Shown piece by piece: positions 1 through 13,221 of a DNA stretch of 64,000 nucleotides (the stretch's first letter is position 1; every line of letters starts with the position of its first letter). The position numbers were made by a program, and so were the translations under genes. This DNA is from Eledone cirrhosa (lineage: Eukaryota): NCBI GenBank assembly GCA_964016885.1, contig OZ024741.1:317316001-317380000 (forward strand), in the 5' to 3' direction. The notes under the pieces were generated by a model. It was not told the DNA's origin. It worked only from the letters and a program-made list of their open reading frames with translations, and searched no databases.

Positions 1-789
1 TGTTTAAACATTTTTAGTAACACTTAGACAATTAGTTATTATATAACATTTATAACTTACCTTTCTGTTAAACTATCTTGTAAAATTCATATAAGTTATC
101 TCGCTTCTTTGACTACTATGTTTAATGAACGTTAATTTTTTATTCCCACGAACTCATACACACGCACACACACACACAAATGTTCTAAAAATGTTCCTTT
201 TGCTCTCCTATTTATCATATAATTGTAGCCCCATCTATGTTATATTCTCAGTTTTCCTCTCTTCTGCACCGATATGGTTTAGTCATTGAAATTTCTTAAT
301 GACTTAACCTTTATTTTAATTATAGATACATTTATTACCGTTTAATGCTTCTATAAATTTTATCGTTCTATTCTAATAATATTTTTATAACTTCACTTAC
401 TAAATGATAATAGACTTTATAATTTCCCATTTGTATAAATCTAGCTCTATTTTAGTGTATGTTATCCTTCTTCTTTCTACTTGAGTTATTCCTCCATCAA
501 AAGTGAAGCATTCACAAAGTTCTTGTTCCAGATTTCCAGATTTCTCATCGTAGTAAGAATATCCCGTCCAGTAAGGCCAGTGTCCTTTCAAACAGTCCTG
601 ATGGTTATGTTTGAAGATCCTACTCCGTGTTTTACATCTGGTGACCAGAGAAGCAGTTTCCTTGCAGGTTCATCGGGGCAGGAAACATGACTAGTAAGAG
701 CCAAGCGACGAGATAGAACTGTCGATGAAACTCGTAGCAGATCACTATAAAAAACCTTTTTGGTAGTGTGACTTGTTGAACACTACACG

Positions 790-1300
790 CGTTGAACACT
801 ACACTTGTTGGACACTATACGTAACATCTAGGTGCAGGAATCATCAAGTCTCCTTGAGCGAGTGACACTGAGAGTCCGGAGTTCTGAACCATATAGGAAG
901 ATGGTTTTGATTGTAACTTTGAAAACTTTGAACTCAGATCTTGAGATGGGAGCTTTCTAGATTGTGAATTTATTACACTCCATGCTTGACCAATTCTGGT
1001 GTATTATCATAATCAGAGTTAGTGTAACCACCCAGGTATTTTAATTCTTGAATCAATTCGACGATAGGAGAACCGTCAGAAACATGTAGTGGACTGAGAT
1101 TGGATGGATTCAAATGCATTAATTTAGTTTTTGAAGGATTGAGAAACTAACCCACCTCCTGGCATGCAGTCTCTATATGATGAAGGAGGTCTTGGGCTGG
1201 TATGATGGTATCTTCCTGAAGAGCGATGTCATCTGTATAGTCAAGATCAGGGAGCACAATAGCTTGATGACGGCGATACGACAACTCTTGTTGGTTATCC
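790..1300 (-). pseudogene. Degenerate RTE-clade reverse transcriptase fragment
   Basis: Minus strand reads ...LDYTDDIAL... (FADD-equivalent) near 1250-1225, then GLSLNPSKTK-like and YLGG-like motifs; disrupted by stops. Confidence 0.6.
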
Positions 1301-1511
1301 GTCAGTATCTGTGATGGCAGTGAGAAGGGTGTACTCCAAACATATTAAAAGATTTCGTCCTTTTTTATCTCATCCTTTGTAATGATATATTAGAGTTAGT
1401 AAAATATATATAGTTACTGAACGTAAATATGTTATCATTTATAAATTATAATTGCTATGTTAGGCTGCCATACTTTTAACGTTTTACCTACAATATCTAA
1501 ACATTATAAAA

Positions 1512-1631
1512 TAGAAATAGAAGCTTTCGCCGCATTTTTTACCAAAGAAATTTTATTTTAGAGGGTTCTAAACCTCACTGTCGCGCTAAATTTTCTTTGG
1601 TAAAAAATGCGGCAAAAGCTTCTATTTCTAA
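1512..1631. repeat. Fold-back inverted repeat (~42 bp arms); same family as 19610-19790
   Basis: agaaatagaagctttcgccgcattttttaccaaagaaattt ... aaattttctttggtaaaaaatgcggcaaaagcttctatttct. Confidence 0.8.
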
Positions 1632-1706
1632 TTTCAAACTCGCTCACTGTTTCAAAACATTATAATTTAAACATTTACTTTCATTTTCTCGCATTGGGAC
1701 TTAATT

Positions 1707-1769
1707 GATTCTGATGCGCTATTCTTGCAACTGTTCCTTCCTGTTAGTCTAGCGAAACGTTCGTAAATC
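1707..1769 (+). ncRNA. Type I hammerhead ribozyme motif with one core substitution
   Basis: Stem I gatt/aatc; core CTGATGC (A9>C); stem II gcta/tagc; GAAA; stem III ACGTTCGT; GUA site. Confidence 0.55.
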
Positions 1770-1851
1770 TATTAACTACTTTAATAATTGTTTCTACTTT
1801 TGGCACAAGGCCATAAATACTTTTATAATAATCCTTGTTTAAACTTTCGTT

Positions 1852-1930
1852 TTATATATATATACACACCCACACATGTGCATATATATATATATGCACA
1901 TATATATATATATGCACATATATATATATA

Positions 1931-2005
<75 letters not shown>

Positions 2006-2090
2006 GTGTGTGTGTATATATATATATTTATATGTATATATATATATATACACGCACATACATACATATATATATATATAGAGAGAGAGA
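1852..2090. repeat. (TA)n-rich microsatellite
   Basis: Direct inspection; the ORFs called here are artefacts. Confidence 0.95.
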
Positions 2091-2397
2091 TACGTATATG
2101 TATCGTTCTTTTTCTATTAAATTAAACTTTGTTATATCTTTCAAGCGTTTACATGAATTTTAATTAATTGTATTTAATTAATTGCTTCATATATGACTTT
2201 ATATATTTTCTCAATTATTTTTTTTATTTTGTGACATCTATTATATTTTATATATAGATTATTTTTTTGTAAATTTATGCTTTAAATTTTTTTTTGTTTA
2301 TGTTTATACTTTATTCATATTTTAAAATTTCTTTTCGAAAAAATAATTAATTTTCATGTCTCTTTCTTTGTATTTTTAATTATTTGCTTATTTATCT

Positions 2398-2545
2398 CTG
2401 GTTTCAGTGATTAGACTGTGGCCATGCTGAGGCATCACCTTCATTTTAGTCGATCATATAGACCTCACTACTTACTTTAGCAAGTGATGCTTGGTTTCTG
2501 AAACTGCTGAGTCACGGGATATGAACACAGACACAAACGTAAGCA
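2398..2545. mobile_element. SINE fragment (related fragment at 48527-48580)
   Basis: gtttcagtgattagactgtggccatgctgaggcatcacc resembles gtttcagccatccggctgaggccatgctggggcaccgcc at 48541. Confidence 0.6.
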
Positions 2546-2561
2546 TAGACACACACACACA

Positions 2562-2712
<151 letters not shown>

Positions 2713-2829
2713 ATACATATACATATGTACCAAGGATTTCACAAATTTTCCAATACATATATATATATATGTATGTATAGTAAATGAGTGGAGAAAAACG
2801 TGGTCGGCTGTACAATAGGGTTTATTGAA

Positions 2830-2940
2830 AGTATTAACAATTGTTTCATTAGTCCGGTGTGTCTAAAAGTCGCTGATCGTTAGAAGCCACGTCACTCGGT
2901 TTTAATTACAGTTGATAACCGATCAAATCATCAGAATACT
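2830..2940 (-). ncRNA. Type I hammerhead ribozyme motif with long stem II (Penelope-like terminus)
   Basis: Minus: agtatt-CTGATGA-[~80 nt, tcggt/accgg pairing, imperfect base]-GAAA-CAATTG-TT-aatact; palindromic stem III; AATAAA follows. Confidence 0.65.
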
Positions 2941-3360
2941 GATCTGTGTACATGATACAGTGTGCTAGTATTTATAGATACATGGGAGGATAACATAAAT
3001 GAAACAATAATTTATTACACTGACAAATATCTCCCTTATCATATCATCTATTCATACCACTTCTCTCACTTTTTCCATGTTACTATTATTGTCATTACTT
3101 TTTATACTTCTATCCCTCTCATCACTGCAACCCCCGCCCCCCATCACTACTACTACTACTACTACTACTACTATTATTATTATTATTATTATCATTATTG
3201 TTATTATTATTATCATTGTTTTCATCAGGGCTTCCGAATGATTTCTCACGAATGAAACAGTTCTAGTCTTGTAGAAGCTTTTCTATATTAAATATTTATA
3301 CTCTGCTTTGTATTGAGTACCTTACTTACTGTGGTTACCCCCGATTGAACCCAGGATAAA

Positions 3361-3854
<494 letters not shown>

Positions 3855-4350
3855 TTAGATATATTTCTTTATTAGCCACAGGGGCACAAAAGAAGGGGAC
3901 AAATACAAAGGGGGAAGTTTACATACAATAAAAACGTGTAAAATGTTATCACAGATGGAATTTAAAAGTTAGTCGATTTTCCCCAATAGAGGGAGACAGT
4001 TTATATGGGTAACACATACCCCCGAAAAAAATGTGCAACCCTCATCTCCAGGAGTACGAAGAGCTTGTACTCCTTTCCTCTCCTCCTCCTTTTCCTCAAC
4101 CTACAGGCTGATATAGAGAGAAGGCCCATTCACTCGGGCCATTCTCGCCACTTTCACCCACCTTTCATAAAACTTGCTGGGGTACAGCACCTCTCTCTCC
4201 ATCCTGATTCTTCTTCCAAAGTGCTTATTTGAAAAAAAGAATCAGTTGTTGGCCGGAGAGAAAGGTGTCTGACCTCAGCCCTTTCAACCTTGTCCACCAT
4301 ACAACCTCTTTCGCCATAGCTATCACACAAAGGAAAACCGCCTCTCCTTC
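3855..4350 (-). mobile_element. Tx1-clade 5'-truncated copy T2
   Basis: ORF2 C-terminus plus 3' UTR ending ggctaataaagaaatatatcta; 5' junction abuts the (GATA)3 of the next copy. Confidence 0.88.
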
Positions 4351-7300
4351 AGATAGATAGATAACTTTCTTTTTATTTGCCACCAGGGCATCAAAGAGTG
4401 GGACAAGTACAATGGGGGGAGTTTACATAAAAAAGCGTCCTCAATAAGGAGGAGGCAATAACAAGATATAAAAAATAATATATAAAATATAACAAAAATA
4501 AATTTAATAACAAAATCCTCAATAGGGAGGAGGCGCCTTGGGAGGTCACACACACCCCCGAAAAAAGTGTGCAACCCTTCTCCTCGGGAGCACAGAGAGG
4601 CGGTGCTCCCTTGATCTTTCATCTTCCACACCTATAGTCTGATGTAGAGTGAAGGCCCATTCACACGGGCCATTCTCGCCACTTTCACCCATCTTTCATA
4701 AATACGGCTGGGTGCAGCACCTCTCTCTCCATCCTGATCCTTCTTCCGAAATGATATCGGAAGAAACGGACCAGTTGTTGGCCAGAGAGAAAGGTGTCTG
4801 ACCTCAGTCCTTTCAGACGCGTCCACCATACAAACTCTTTCGCCATGGCTATTACACACAGAAACACCGCCTCTTCTTCGTTTTTGAAGAGGGGGGGCGG
4901 CTTGATCGTTACAATAGCCTCGATGGTCAACCGGATCGGTCCCACCCTTGACAGCAGTTGTTCCACATAGCCCCACAGATCGGCAATGCCCGAGCAGTGT
5001 ACCAATGCGTGTGCAACGGTTTCCTCGTCGGACACGCATCTGGGACAGATCTTTTTCGAGGGGTCCCTACCCGGTCGCCCGTGTCTGTAGAACCTTTCTC
5101 GAACGGGCAGAGCCCCTCGGTAGCACTGCCAGGCCAGGGGCCTCTGGAAGTTGTGCATGGGTCCCGGGCTGAATGTTCTACCGAACAGGTTGGGCAGTTC
5201 GTCTTAATGCGTGTTTACGTATCATTAGCCACGGCATCCCCAGCCCTCCTTTCGAAGGGGGTTGACAGCAGATGGATCTCCTCACCATAGGAGCCCGCTT
5301 CTTCCAAAGGAATTGGAAGAGTGCGCGCTCCATTTTGGCGAGCGTTTCTCTTGGGCAAGGCACGACGGTCATGCGGTAGTAGATGACGGACGCTATATAA
5401 GTGTTCGCCACCTCCGCCCGACCTTTCAGGGACAGTTTGCACTCGGCCCACTTCTGGGTCAGTGCAAACACCCTGTTCGTTACCTCACCCCAGTTCTTCT
5501 CCACCTGGAGGTCCGGTCCGAACCAGACCCCGAGCAACTTCACCGGGCCCTCCGTCCAGCGCCGGACGACGTCATCGGAGGGCATCGATCTGCCCCTCCA
5601 AAGGGGTGCCCTGCAACAACTCCAACTTCCGCAGTAGTGGCTCGAGAGTCAACACATACAGAAGGGAGGAGAGAGGGCACCCTTGTCGGATGGACCGCGC
5701 GATTTCGAACGGCTCCGAGAGGTAGCCGTTCACCTTGACCCTAGAGCAGATGCGGCTGCTGTGCATGGCATTGATCCAGCTCCTGAAAACGGGTCCGAAG
5801 CCTGCCGCCGCTGGCACCGCATCCAGGTAACCATGGTCGACCCTATCGAACGCTTTAGATTGATCCAAGTTGATCAGGGCCCCACCAAAGCCGGGTTCGT
5901 TCCCAACCCTCTCTATGATGTATCTCATGAGGTGGAGGTTGTCGTGAATGGACCTGGGCGGGATAGCATATGTCTGCGCATCTCCCACCAGGTTTCCCAT
6001 GACAAGCGCCAACCTCTTTGCTAGCACCTTGGCCAAAATCTGTAACTCTATATTTAGCAGAGTTATGGGCCTGAAATTATTTATATCGTCCCCCTTGTTC
6101 TCGTCCTTCCTCACTAGCGTGACTACGCCCTTGGTCACACCACAGGGAATTCTCCCGTTCTGTTGCCAGTTGCAGTAGACCGCCTCGAAGAGATCGGGGG
6201 ACAAGTCCGGCATAGCTAGATATAGTTCGTATGCAATACCATCGAGACCCGGGGATTTGCGTTTGCCGCATTGGCTCAGCACGTCCTCTATCTCAGCGGC
6301 TGAAATCGGCTCCTCGCAGGACTTCGCCTCCCTGTCCGAGAGACGCGGCAGGCCGTCGAGGTATGGACCGAAGTCCACTTCCCCAACCGGCTCCCCGCCC
6401 CTTCCGAACAATCTGGCAAGAAGCTTTTGAAAAGCCTCGCACATCTGCCTAGGTCCAAGGATCACCCGTCCATCCTGGTCTCGCAAAGACCGGATAGTGT
6501 ATCTACTCCCTCTTTTGGCTTCTCTCACGCGGGCCCAGCTAACAGTTTTGGTCCCCTCGTTTCCCAGAGCACCTATTTTGCTTCGGACGATGCAGCCTTC
6601 GTGTTTCGCGTCGAAGAACTGGCCCAGGGCCGTTCTCGACGCTAGCACTCTGGCCACGTCGCCGCTTCTAATTGCCTCTTCTACACTATCTACCAACTCC
6701 CTTTCCTTCCTATTTCTAATTGAGGCTAACTCCTTACTAAATTCTATAGAGACTACTCTAATCTCTCTTTTGAGAGATCCCCACCACCTGCTGTTGACGA
6801 TGGCGCCCGTCAACCGCTCCTTAACTAAAGTGCTAATCCTGTCCCTGTAAGCCTTACTTGCCGGTAAGGACAAGTTGAGCTTCCAGTAACCGGGTCCCTG
6901 TCTATGCGTTCTATTAAGGTTGACCATGCAGGTCACTAACTTATGGTCTGAATAGCCAACCATGAGCATTTTTGGACAACTTAAAAAGTCCCTATCCTAA
7001 CTAAGAACCTATCTAGGTACGATCTAGATTGACCGCTACGGTTTGCCCAAGTCCAGGTTGGCGCAGTCGGAAAATCTAGTCGATATCTATCGGCCAGGTC
7101 AAATCGACCGATTAACCCTTTGAGGCTGTTACACCCCTCTCTATCGGGACAGGCCCTACGTAGTCCCAACGTGCATCTAGGATACCATTCCAGTCCCCCA
7201 CTAATAGCAAGGAGCGGGACGTCCCCAGAAAAGTCTCCAGACGATGGAAGAAGTCCGGCTGAGTTGACTCGAAAGGGCCGTAGACGGCTACCAGCCTAAA

Positions 7301-8473
7301 CGCTCCGCCTTCACCACTGCCAAGGTCCAGAACCACTAGTCGACCCTTCGGGTCCAAATGTACTGTCTGTGTTGCGAGACCCAGATGTTTTTGCAGCAGA
7401 ACGACAACCCCACCCCCACCACCGAGCTGACAGAGAGATGCGTGCATCTCAAAGTCATCAAAGGTGGGGGCCAGCTGTCGCACGTTGCTGATCCGGGCCT
7501 CGCAAATAACCATCACATCTATACGTTGTGACCTGAGGTCATTTAGAAGCATTGCTTGCTTCCAAGTTGAACCCAGGCCACGCGCATTTAGACAGCCGAC
7601 TCTTAGCATAGCCATGTTGGTGGTGAAGAGAAAAGGTACTTACCTCTCTGCGTCCCGGGTATCGGGCTCTTCGTCTCCTGGGGACCAGGCTGCACAATTT
7701 CCATGGGGGTGTTGGAGTGGCTTTTTGGTGGGGTGGTGGTCTCTGGCGGGGTGGGGACGGAGATTTTTGGTGGGGAGGGGGCGTCAGGTGGGGTGGGGAC
7801 GTCTGGAGTGGGAGTGTCTGGGGTGGGGGTGGGCAAACATTTCAAAAGGACGCGGTTATAGGGTTTGACGCATGGGTTACCTTCGTCGTTAGGAAATTTT
7901 TCCTTTAACTGTTTATGTGTGTCCATGGAGATGCTAATCATTTTAAGATTAGGATTCTCTGCAGAGTGTGTAAAAGTTTTCACTTCGGTCTCCACCGAAG
8001 GGTTTTTATATATGGTGTCTGTTAAGGTTTTATTGTTAGTATTTATGTAGGTGTAACATTTTTGTTGTGTTGTGTTGCTTTTTTTCTGTGGTTCTTGTGT
8101 GTGTTTACGTTTTGTAGTAGGTGTTTTGTTTTCAGGAGGGAGTGTTTTTGTTTGTGCTGTTTGCGTTGCTTATATTGTGTTTGTGTGTTTGTTGCATTTT
8201 TGTTTATGTTATGTCTTTTCTTTTTTCTTTTTACTGGTCGGAAAGGCTCTCCCTCACCGTCACTGGGTGATGAGGCCTCATCCGTGTTGTTGGGGAGGGG
8301 TACATTTTGAGGAGCTGTTATGTGTGTGGGTGTTTCTGGAGTTGTTTTAGGTGGGGAGGGGTTGGATGGGACTGTGTTTGCAGTTTGGTTTGTTTTTGTG
8401 TGTTGTTGTTGTGGTGGTGGTGGTGGTGGTGGTTGTGTTGTTGTGTTGGGTGTCGGCAGTAGTGCCTTTTTTT
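4351..8473 (-). mobile_element. Tx1-clade copy T3, 5'-truncated within ORF1, inactivated
   Basis: APE endonuclease (LRVGCLNARGL, GDWN, YLDR, SDH), RT (QGCPLS), C-terminal CPRC..ETVAH..HC. Frameshifts near 7110 and 6975; internal deletions near 5600 (about 165 nt, removes YADD) and 5200. (GATA)n at both ends. Confidence 0.93.
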
Positions 8474-8591
8474 ATAGATAGATAGATAGATTGTGTTAAG
8501 TATTTCCGTAGAAAAGGTAAAGGAAAGAAGGGTGGTCTATGTATAGTACAGAGCTATTTAATTATGTGATAAACAACACAATATAATTATT

Positions 8592-8657
8592 CCATTACCC
8601 AAGGTTTCACGAAGTTAGACGATTCTAACAGAAACATCTAGTTCCTTCATCAGATGA
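8592..8657 (-). ncRNA. Hammerhead ribozyme motif (mirror copy)
   Basis: tcat-CTGATGA-aggaactagatg...cgtctaacttcgt-GAAA-ccttggg-TA-atgg; one mismatch near the base of stem II. Confidence 0.65.
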
Positions 8658-8658
8658 G

Positions 8659-8724
8659 TCATCTGATGAACGAATCAGACGTTTCTGTTAAAATCGTCTA
8701 ACTTCGTGAAACCTTGGGTAATGG
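8659..8724 (+). ncRNA. Type I hammerhead ribozyme motif
   Basis: tcat-CTGATGA-acgaa..agacg/cgtct..ttcgt-GAAA-CC(ttg)GG-TA-atgg; predicted cleavage after GUA at 8720. Confidence 0.78.
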
Positions 8725-8751
8725 AATAATTATATTGTGTTGTTTATTATG

Positions 8752-8844
<93 letters not shown>

Positions 8845-8845
8845 A

Positions 8846-9494
8846 GGTAGATAGGTAGATAGATAGATTTCTTTATTTGCCACAAGGGCGCACAAGAAAA
8901 GGGGACAATTCAAAGACATGCCGGAGATTTTACATACAGTCGTGTAAAAAATATAAAACAAACAATTAAAACAATCGAAATCCCCAATTGGGAGGAAGCG
9001 CCACAAATAGGGTGTTTAATACCCCGTCGATAGAACAACCCTCAACTTCAGGAGCGTGTTGTGTAAGTGCTCCTTTCTTCCTTTTGCTCTCTTCTTTAAC
9101 CTACAGGCTTATAAACAGAGAAGGCCCAATCACTCGGGCCATTTTTGCCACATTCACCCACCTTTCAGTAAATTTACTGGGGTGCAGTGCCTCCCTCACC
9201 ACTCTGATTCTTCTTCTAAAGTGATACTTAAAGAAGGGAATCAATTGTTGTCCGGAGAGAAAGGCATCTGTCCTCAGTCCTCTCAATATCGTCCACCATA
9301 TAACATCTTTCACCATAGCCACTGTACAGAGGAAAACCGCCTCTCTTTCGTTTTTTGAAAGAGGCTGGCGGTTTGATCCTTACTATGGACTCGGCAGTCA
9401 ACTGGATTTGTCCCATACGCGACAGCAGTTGTTCTGCATAGTTCCACAGGTCGGTTACGCTCGGGCAGTGTACAATTGCGTGCAGGACGGTTTC
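8846..9494 (-). mobile_element. Tx1-clade 5'-truncated copy T4
   Basis: ORF2 C-terminus (ORF 9101-9322) plus 3' UTR with AATAAA; GATA repeats on both sides. Confidence 0.9.

Positions 9495-9555
<61 letters not shown>
9495..9555. repeat. (GATA)n tract between T4 and T5
   Basis: Direct inspection. Confidence 0.97.
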
Positions 9556-9556
<1 letters not shown>

Positions 9557-9787
9557 ATTTCTATTTATTTGCCACGAGGGCACAAAAGAAGGGGACATTT
9601 ACACAGTGGGGGAGTTTACATAAATCGAGTAAAGAAAAAAGGAATAACAATAATAATATAACAATAAAAAGTCCTCAAAAGGGAGGGGGCGTGTTGGGGA
9701 TTGCACATACCCCCGAAAAGTGTGCAACTCTTTTCGCGGGGGAAGCCCAGAGAGGAGGCGCTCCCCCTTTCCTCTTCACTTCTTCAC

Positions 9788-12700
9788 CTACAGAACAATG
9801 TAGAGAGAAGGCCCATTTACACGGGCCATTCTCGCTTCTTTCACCCACCTTTCATAAAACTGTCTGGGACCAAGCACTTCTCTCTCCATCCTGATTCTTC
9901 TTCCGAAGTGGTATCGGAAGAAGTAAACCAGGTGATGGCCGGAGAGAAAGTCACCCGACCTCAGACCTTTCAGGCGCGTCCACCACACAACCTCTTTCAT
10001 CATGGCTATTACGCACAGAAAGACCGCCTCTGCTTCATTTCTGAAGGGAGGAGGCGGCTTGATGTTCACCACAGACTCGGCGGTTAATCGAATCGGCGCC
10101 ACACGCGACAGCAGTCGTTCGACGTAGCCCCACAGATCGGCAACGCCCGGGCAGTGTACCAGTGCATGCGCAACGGTTTCCTCGTCGCGCACGCATCTGG
10201 GACAGATCTTTTTCGCGGGATCCCTGCCCGGGCGCCCGTGTCTGTAGAGCTTTTCTCGAACGGGCAGAGCCCCCCGGTAACACTGCCAGGCTAGGGACCT
10301 CTGGAAGTTGTCCATGGGTCCCGGGCCGAAAGTTCTACCGAACAGGCTGGCCAGTTCGTCCTCCTCCATGCCTAGCGACTCTCCAAGGGTGTCGTCGCCC
10401 CTGCTAGCCACCAACCCTCTATAGAATGTCGAGGTGGATTCTCCACTGACAGTCGGGTCCGCTTGCCAGATAGCCGTGAGCGCCTGGGCACACTCAGTGT
10501 GCCAGTTGCCCAGTTTTCTCGGTCTTTGCTTCACCCAGGATTGCAGTTCGGTGAGCGAGACGAGCTGTGGGAAGGCTCGCCTCACAAACGGGGCCCACAC
10601 CGGCTGACCGTTGAGGAATACCTGTAGATGCCGTAGCCTCAATGCGTGCCTACGCATCAACAGCCACGGCATACCCAGCCCTCCTTTCGAAGGGTGCTGG
10701 CAGCAGATGGATCTCCTCACCATGGGAGGCCGCTTCTTCCAGAGGAACTGGAAGAGCATGCGTTCCATGATGGTGAGCTTTTCCTTGGGGCAAGGCACGA
10801 CGGTCAGGCGGTAGTAGATGACGGACGCTATGTAAGCGTTCGTCACCTCCGCCCGACCTTTCAGTGATAGTTTGCACTTGGCCCACTTCTGGGTCAGCGC
10901 AAACACCCTGCTCGTCACCTCGCCCCAATTCTTCTCCACCTGGAGGTCCGGTCCGAACCAGACCCCGAGCAGCTTCACCGGGCCCTCCGTCCACCGCCCG
11001 ACGACACCGTCTAACGGCATCGGTTTGCCCCTCCACGTTCCGAGTTGCAAACCGACTGACTTGTCCTGGTTCAGCTTAGCCCCCGTCAGCCTTTCGTATT
11101 CCTCCAGTAGGGTGGCGATCGCCCCGATTTCCGAGGCGTCCGCCACCATTACTGTTACGTCGTCGGCATAGGCCGAGACCGCTTTGTGCAATCCCGGTTC
11201 CAGGGGTATGCCCCGCAGCAACTCCAACTTCCGCAGCAGTGGCTCGAGAGTCAATACGTACAGAAGGGAGGAGAGGGGGCACCCCTGTCTGATGGATCGG
11301 GTGATTTGAAACGGCTCCGAGAGGTAGCCGTTTACTTTAATCCTAGAGTAGATGTTGCCACTGTGCATGGCAGAAATCCAGCCCCTGAAAACGGGTCCGA
11401 AGCCCGCCGCCGCTAGCACCGCATCCAGGTAACCATGGTCGACCCTATCGAACGCTTTAGATTGATCCAAGTTGATCAGGGCCCCACCAAAGCCGGGTTC
11501 GTAGCCAACCCTCTCTATGATGTATCGCATGAGGTGGAGGTTGTCGTGAATGGACCTGGACGGGATAGCGCATGTCTGCGCGTCTCCCACCAAACCACCC
11601 ACCACAAGCGCCAACCTCTTCGCCAACACCTTGGCCAAAATCTGTAACTCTGCATTCAGCAGAGTTATGGGCCTAAAGTTACTTAAGTCGTCCCCCTTGC
11701 TCTCGTCCTTCCTCACTAGCGTGACCACGCCCTTGGTCACAGAACAGGGAATTCTCCCGTTCTGTTGCCAGTTGCAATAGACAGCCTCGAGGAGTTCGGA
11801 GAACAAGACCGGCATAGCTAAATAAAGTTCGTATGGTAGACCATCGAGACCCGGGGATTTGCGTCTGCTGCATTGGCTGAGCGCTTCCCCGATTTCAGTG
11901 GCTGTGATTGGCCCTTCGCAGCACTCCGCTTCGCCGCTCGAAAGACGCGGTAGACCGTCGAGGTATGGACCGAAGTCCACATCCCCGTCCGGCCCCCCGC
12001 CACCTCCGAACAGTCGAGCAAAGTGCCTTTGAAAGGTCTCGCACATTCGCTCAGGTTCAAGGATCACCCGTCCATCCTGGTCTCGCAAAGACCGAATGGT
12101 GGATTTAATCCCACTCTTGGCTTCTGTCACGCGGGCCCAGCTAACAGCTTTGGTCCCCTCGTTTCCTAAAGCACGTATTTTACTTCGGACAACGCAGCCT
12201 TCGTGCTTCGCGTCAAAGAACTGGCTCAATGCCGTTCTCGTCGCTAACACTCTGGCTACGTCTCCGCTCCTAATCGCCTCTTCTAGTTTATCTGTTAACT
12301 CCCTTTCCCTCCTATTTCTATTCGCCGCTAGTTCCTTACTGTAACCTATCGAACTTACTCTAATCTCTCTCTTTAGAGATATCCACCACCTACTGTTGAC
12401 GATCGCTCCCGTCAACCGCATCTTAACTAAGCTACTAATCCGGTTTCTGTAATCTTTCTTTGTCGGTAAGGACAAGTTCATCTTCCAGTAACCGGGACCC
12501 TGTCTATGCGTTCTATCAAGGTTGACCACGCAGGTCACTAATTTGTGATCTGAATAGCCAACCATGATCAGTTCTGGACAACTAAATACGTCCCTATCCT
12601 TACTCCTAACCAAAAACCTATCTAGGTACGATCTAGATTGTCCACTGCGGTTTGCCCAGGTCCAGGTTGGCGCAGTTGGACAATCTAGTCGAAATCTATC

Positions 12701-13216
12701 GACCAGGTCGAATCGATCGAGTAACCCCTTGAGGCTGCTACACCCCCCTCTATCGGGACATGCCCCTGCATAGTCCCAACGCGCATCTAGGATTCCATTC
12801 CAGTCCCCCACTAAAAGCAGGGAACGCGACGTTCCTAGAAAAGTCTCCAGACGTTGGAAGAAGTCGGCTCTCTCCGCCCCGAAGGGAGCATAAAGACCGA
12901 TCAGTCTGAAAGCCCCGCCTTCACCACCTCCGACGTCCAGCACCAGTAATCGACCCCCCGGGTCCGAGTGAACAATCTGTACGTCGAGAGTCAGACGTTT
13001 ATCCAGCAGTACGGCAACTCCCCCCCCGCCTCCGGGTTGACAGAGAGATGCGTGCATCTCAAAGTCATCGAAGGCGGGCGCCAGCTGTCTCACGCTGCTG
13101 ATCCGACTCTCGCAAACAACCATCACATCTATACTTTGTGACCTGAGGTCACTTAGAAGCTTTGCTTGCTTCCAAGCTGAGCTCAGGCCACGCGCGTTCA
13201 AACAGCCAACTCTCAA
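9788..13216 (-). CDS. ORF2: APE endonuclease, reverse transcriptase, C-terminal CCHC
   Basis: 1142 aa uninterrupted. Motifs: LNARGL, E, Y-P, GDWN, YLDR, SDH; KSPGLDG, FRPITLLN, LDQSKAFD, QGCPLS, YADD; CPRC..H..HC. No AUG at the expected start. Confidence 0.93.
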   Translation of the reverse strand: MRVGCLNARGLSSAWKQAKLLSDLRSQSIDVMVVCESRISSVRQLAPAFDDFEMHASLCQPGGGGGVAVLLDKRLTLDVQIVHSDPGGRLLVLDVGGGEGGAFRLIGLYAPFGAERADFFQRLETFLGTSRSLLLVGDWNGILDARWDYAGACPDRGGCSSLKGLLDRFDLVDRFRLDCPTAPTWTWANRSGQSRSYLDRFLVRSKDRDVFSCPELIMVGYSDHKLVTCVVNLDRTHRQGPGYWKMNLSLPTKKDYRNRISSLVKMRLTGAIVNSRWWISLKREIRVSSIGYSKELAANRNRRERELTDKLEEAIRSGDVARVLATRTALSQFFDAKHEGCVVRSKIRALGNEGTKAVSWARVTEAKSGIKSTIRSLRDQDGRVILEPERMCETFQRHFARLFGGGGGPDGDVDFGPYLDGLPRLSSGEAECCEGPITATEIGEALSQCSRRKSPGLDGLPYELYLAMPVLFSELLEAVYCNWQQNGRIPCSVTKGVVTLVRKDESKGDDLSNFRPITLLNAELQILAKVLAKRLALVVGGLVGDAQTCAIPSRSIHDNLHLMRYIIERVGYEPGFGGALINLDQSKAFDRVDHGYLDAVLAAAGFGPVFRGWISAMHSGNIYSRIKVNGYLSEPFQITRSIRQGCPLSSLLYVLTLEPLLRKLELLRGIPLEPGLHKAVSAYADDVTVMVADASEIGAIATLLEEYERLTGAKLNQDKSVGLQLGTWRGKPMPLDGVVGRWTEGPVKLLGVWFGPDLQVEKNWGEVTSRVFALTQKWAKCKLSLKGRAEVTNAYIASVIYYRLTVVPCPKEKLTIMERMLFQFLWKKRPPMVRRSICCQHPSKGGLGMPWLLMRRHALRLRHLQVFLNGQPVWAPFVRRAFPQLVSLTELQSWVKQRPRKLGNWHTECAQALTAIWQADPTVSGESTSTFYRGLVASRGDDTLGESLGMEEDELASLFGRTFGPGPMDNFQRSLAWQCYRGALPVREKLYRHGRPGRDPAKKICPRCVRDEETVAHALVHCPGVADLWGYVERLLSRVAPIRLTAESVVNIKPPPPFRNEAEAVFLCVIAMMKEVVWWTRLKGLRSGDFLSGHHLVYFFRYHFGRRIRMEREVLGPRQFYERWVKEARMARVNGPSLYIVL

Positions 13217-13221
13217 TTGAT

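Larger units (their letters stand above)
8560..8757. repeat. ~100 bp-arm fold-back of a Penelope-like terminus containing two hammerheads
   Basis: Arms mirror around tcatcagatgagtcatctgatga (centre ~8658). Confidence 0.9.

Noticed and set aside
400-690. Short ORFs at 400-591 and 481-690
   Set aside because: No recognisable motif; probably repeat-derived.
9600-9787. Conserved coding exon in the Tx1 3' UTR downstream of the putative acceptor
   Set aside because: The reading frame is not preserved between copies; in T5 the spliced frame stops after VKK.
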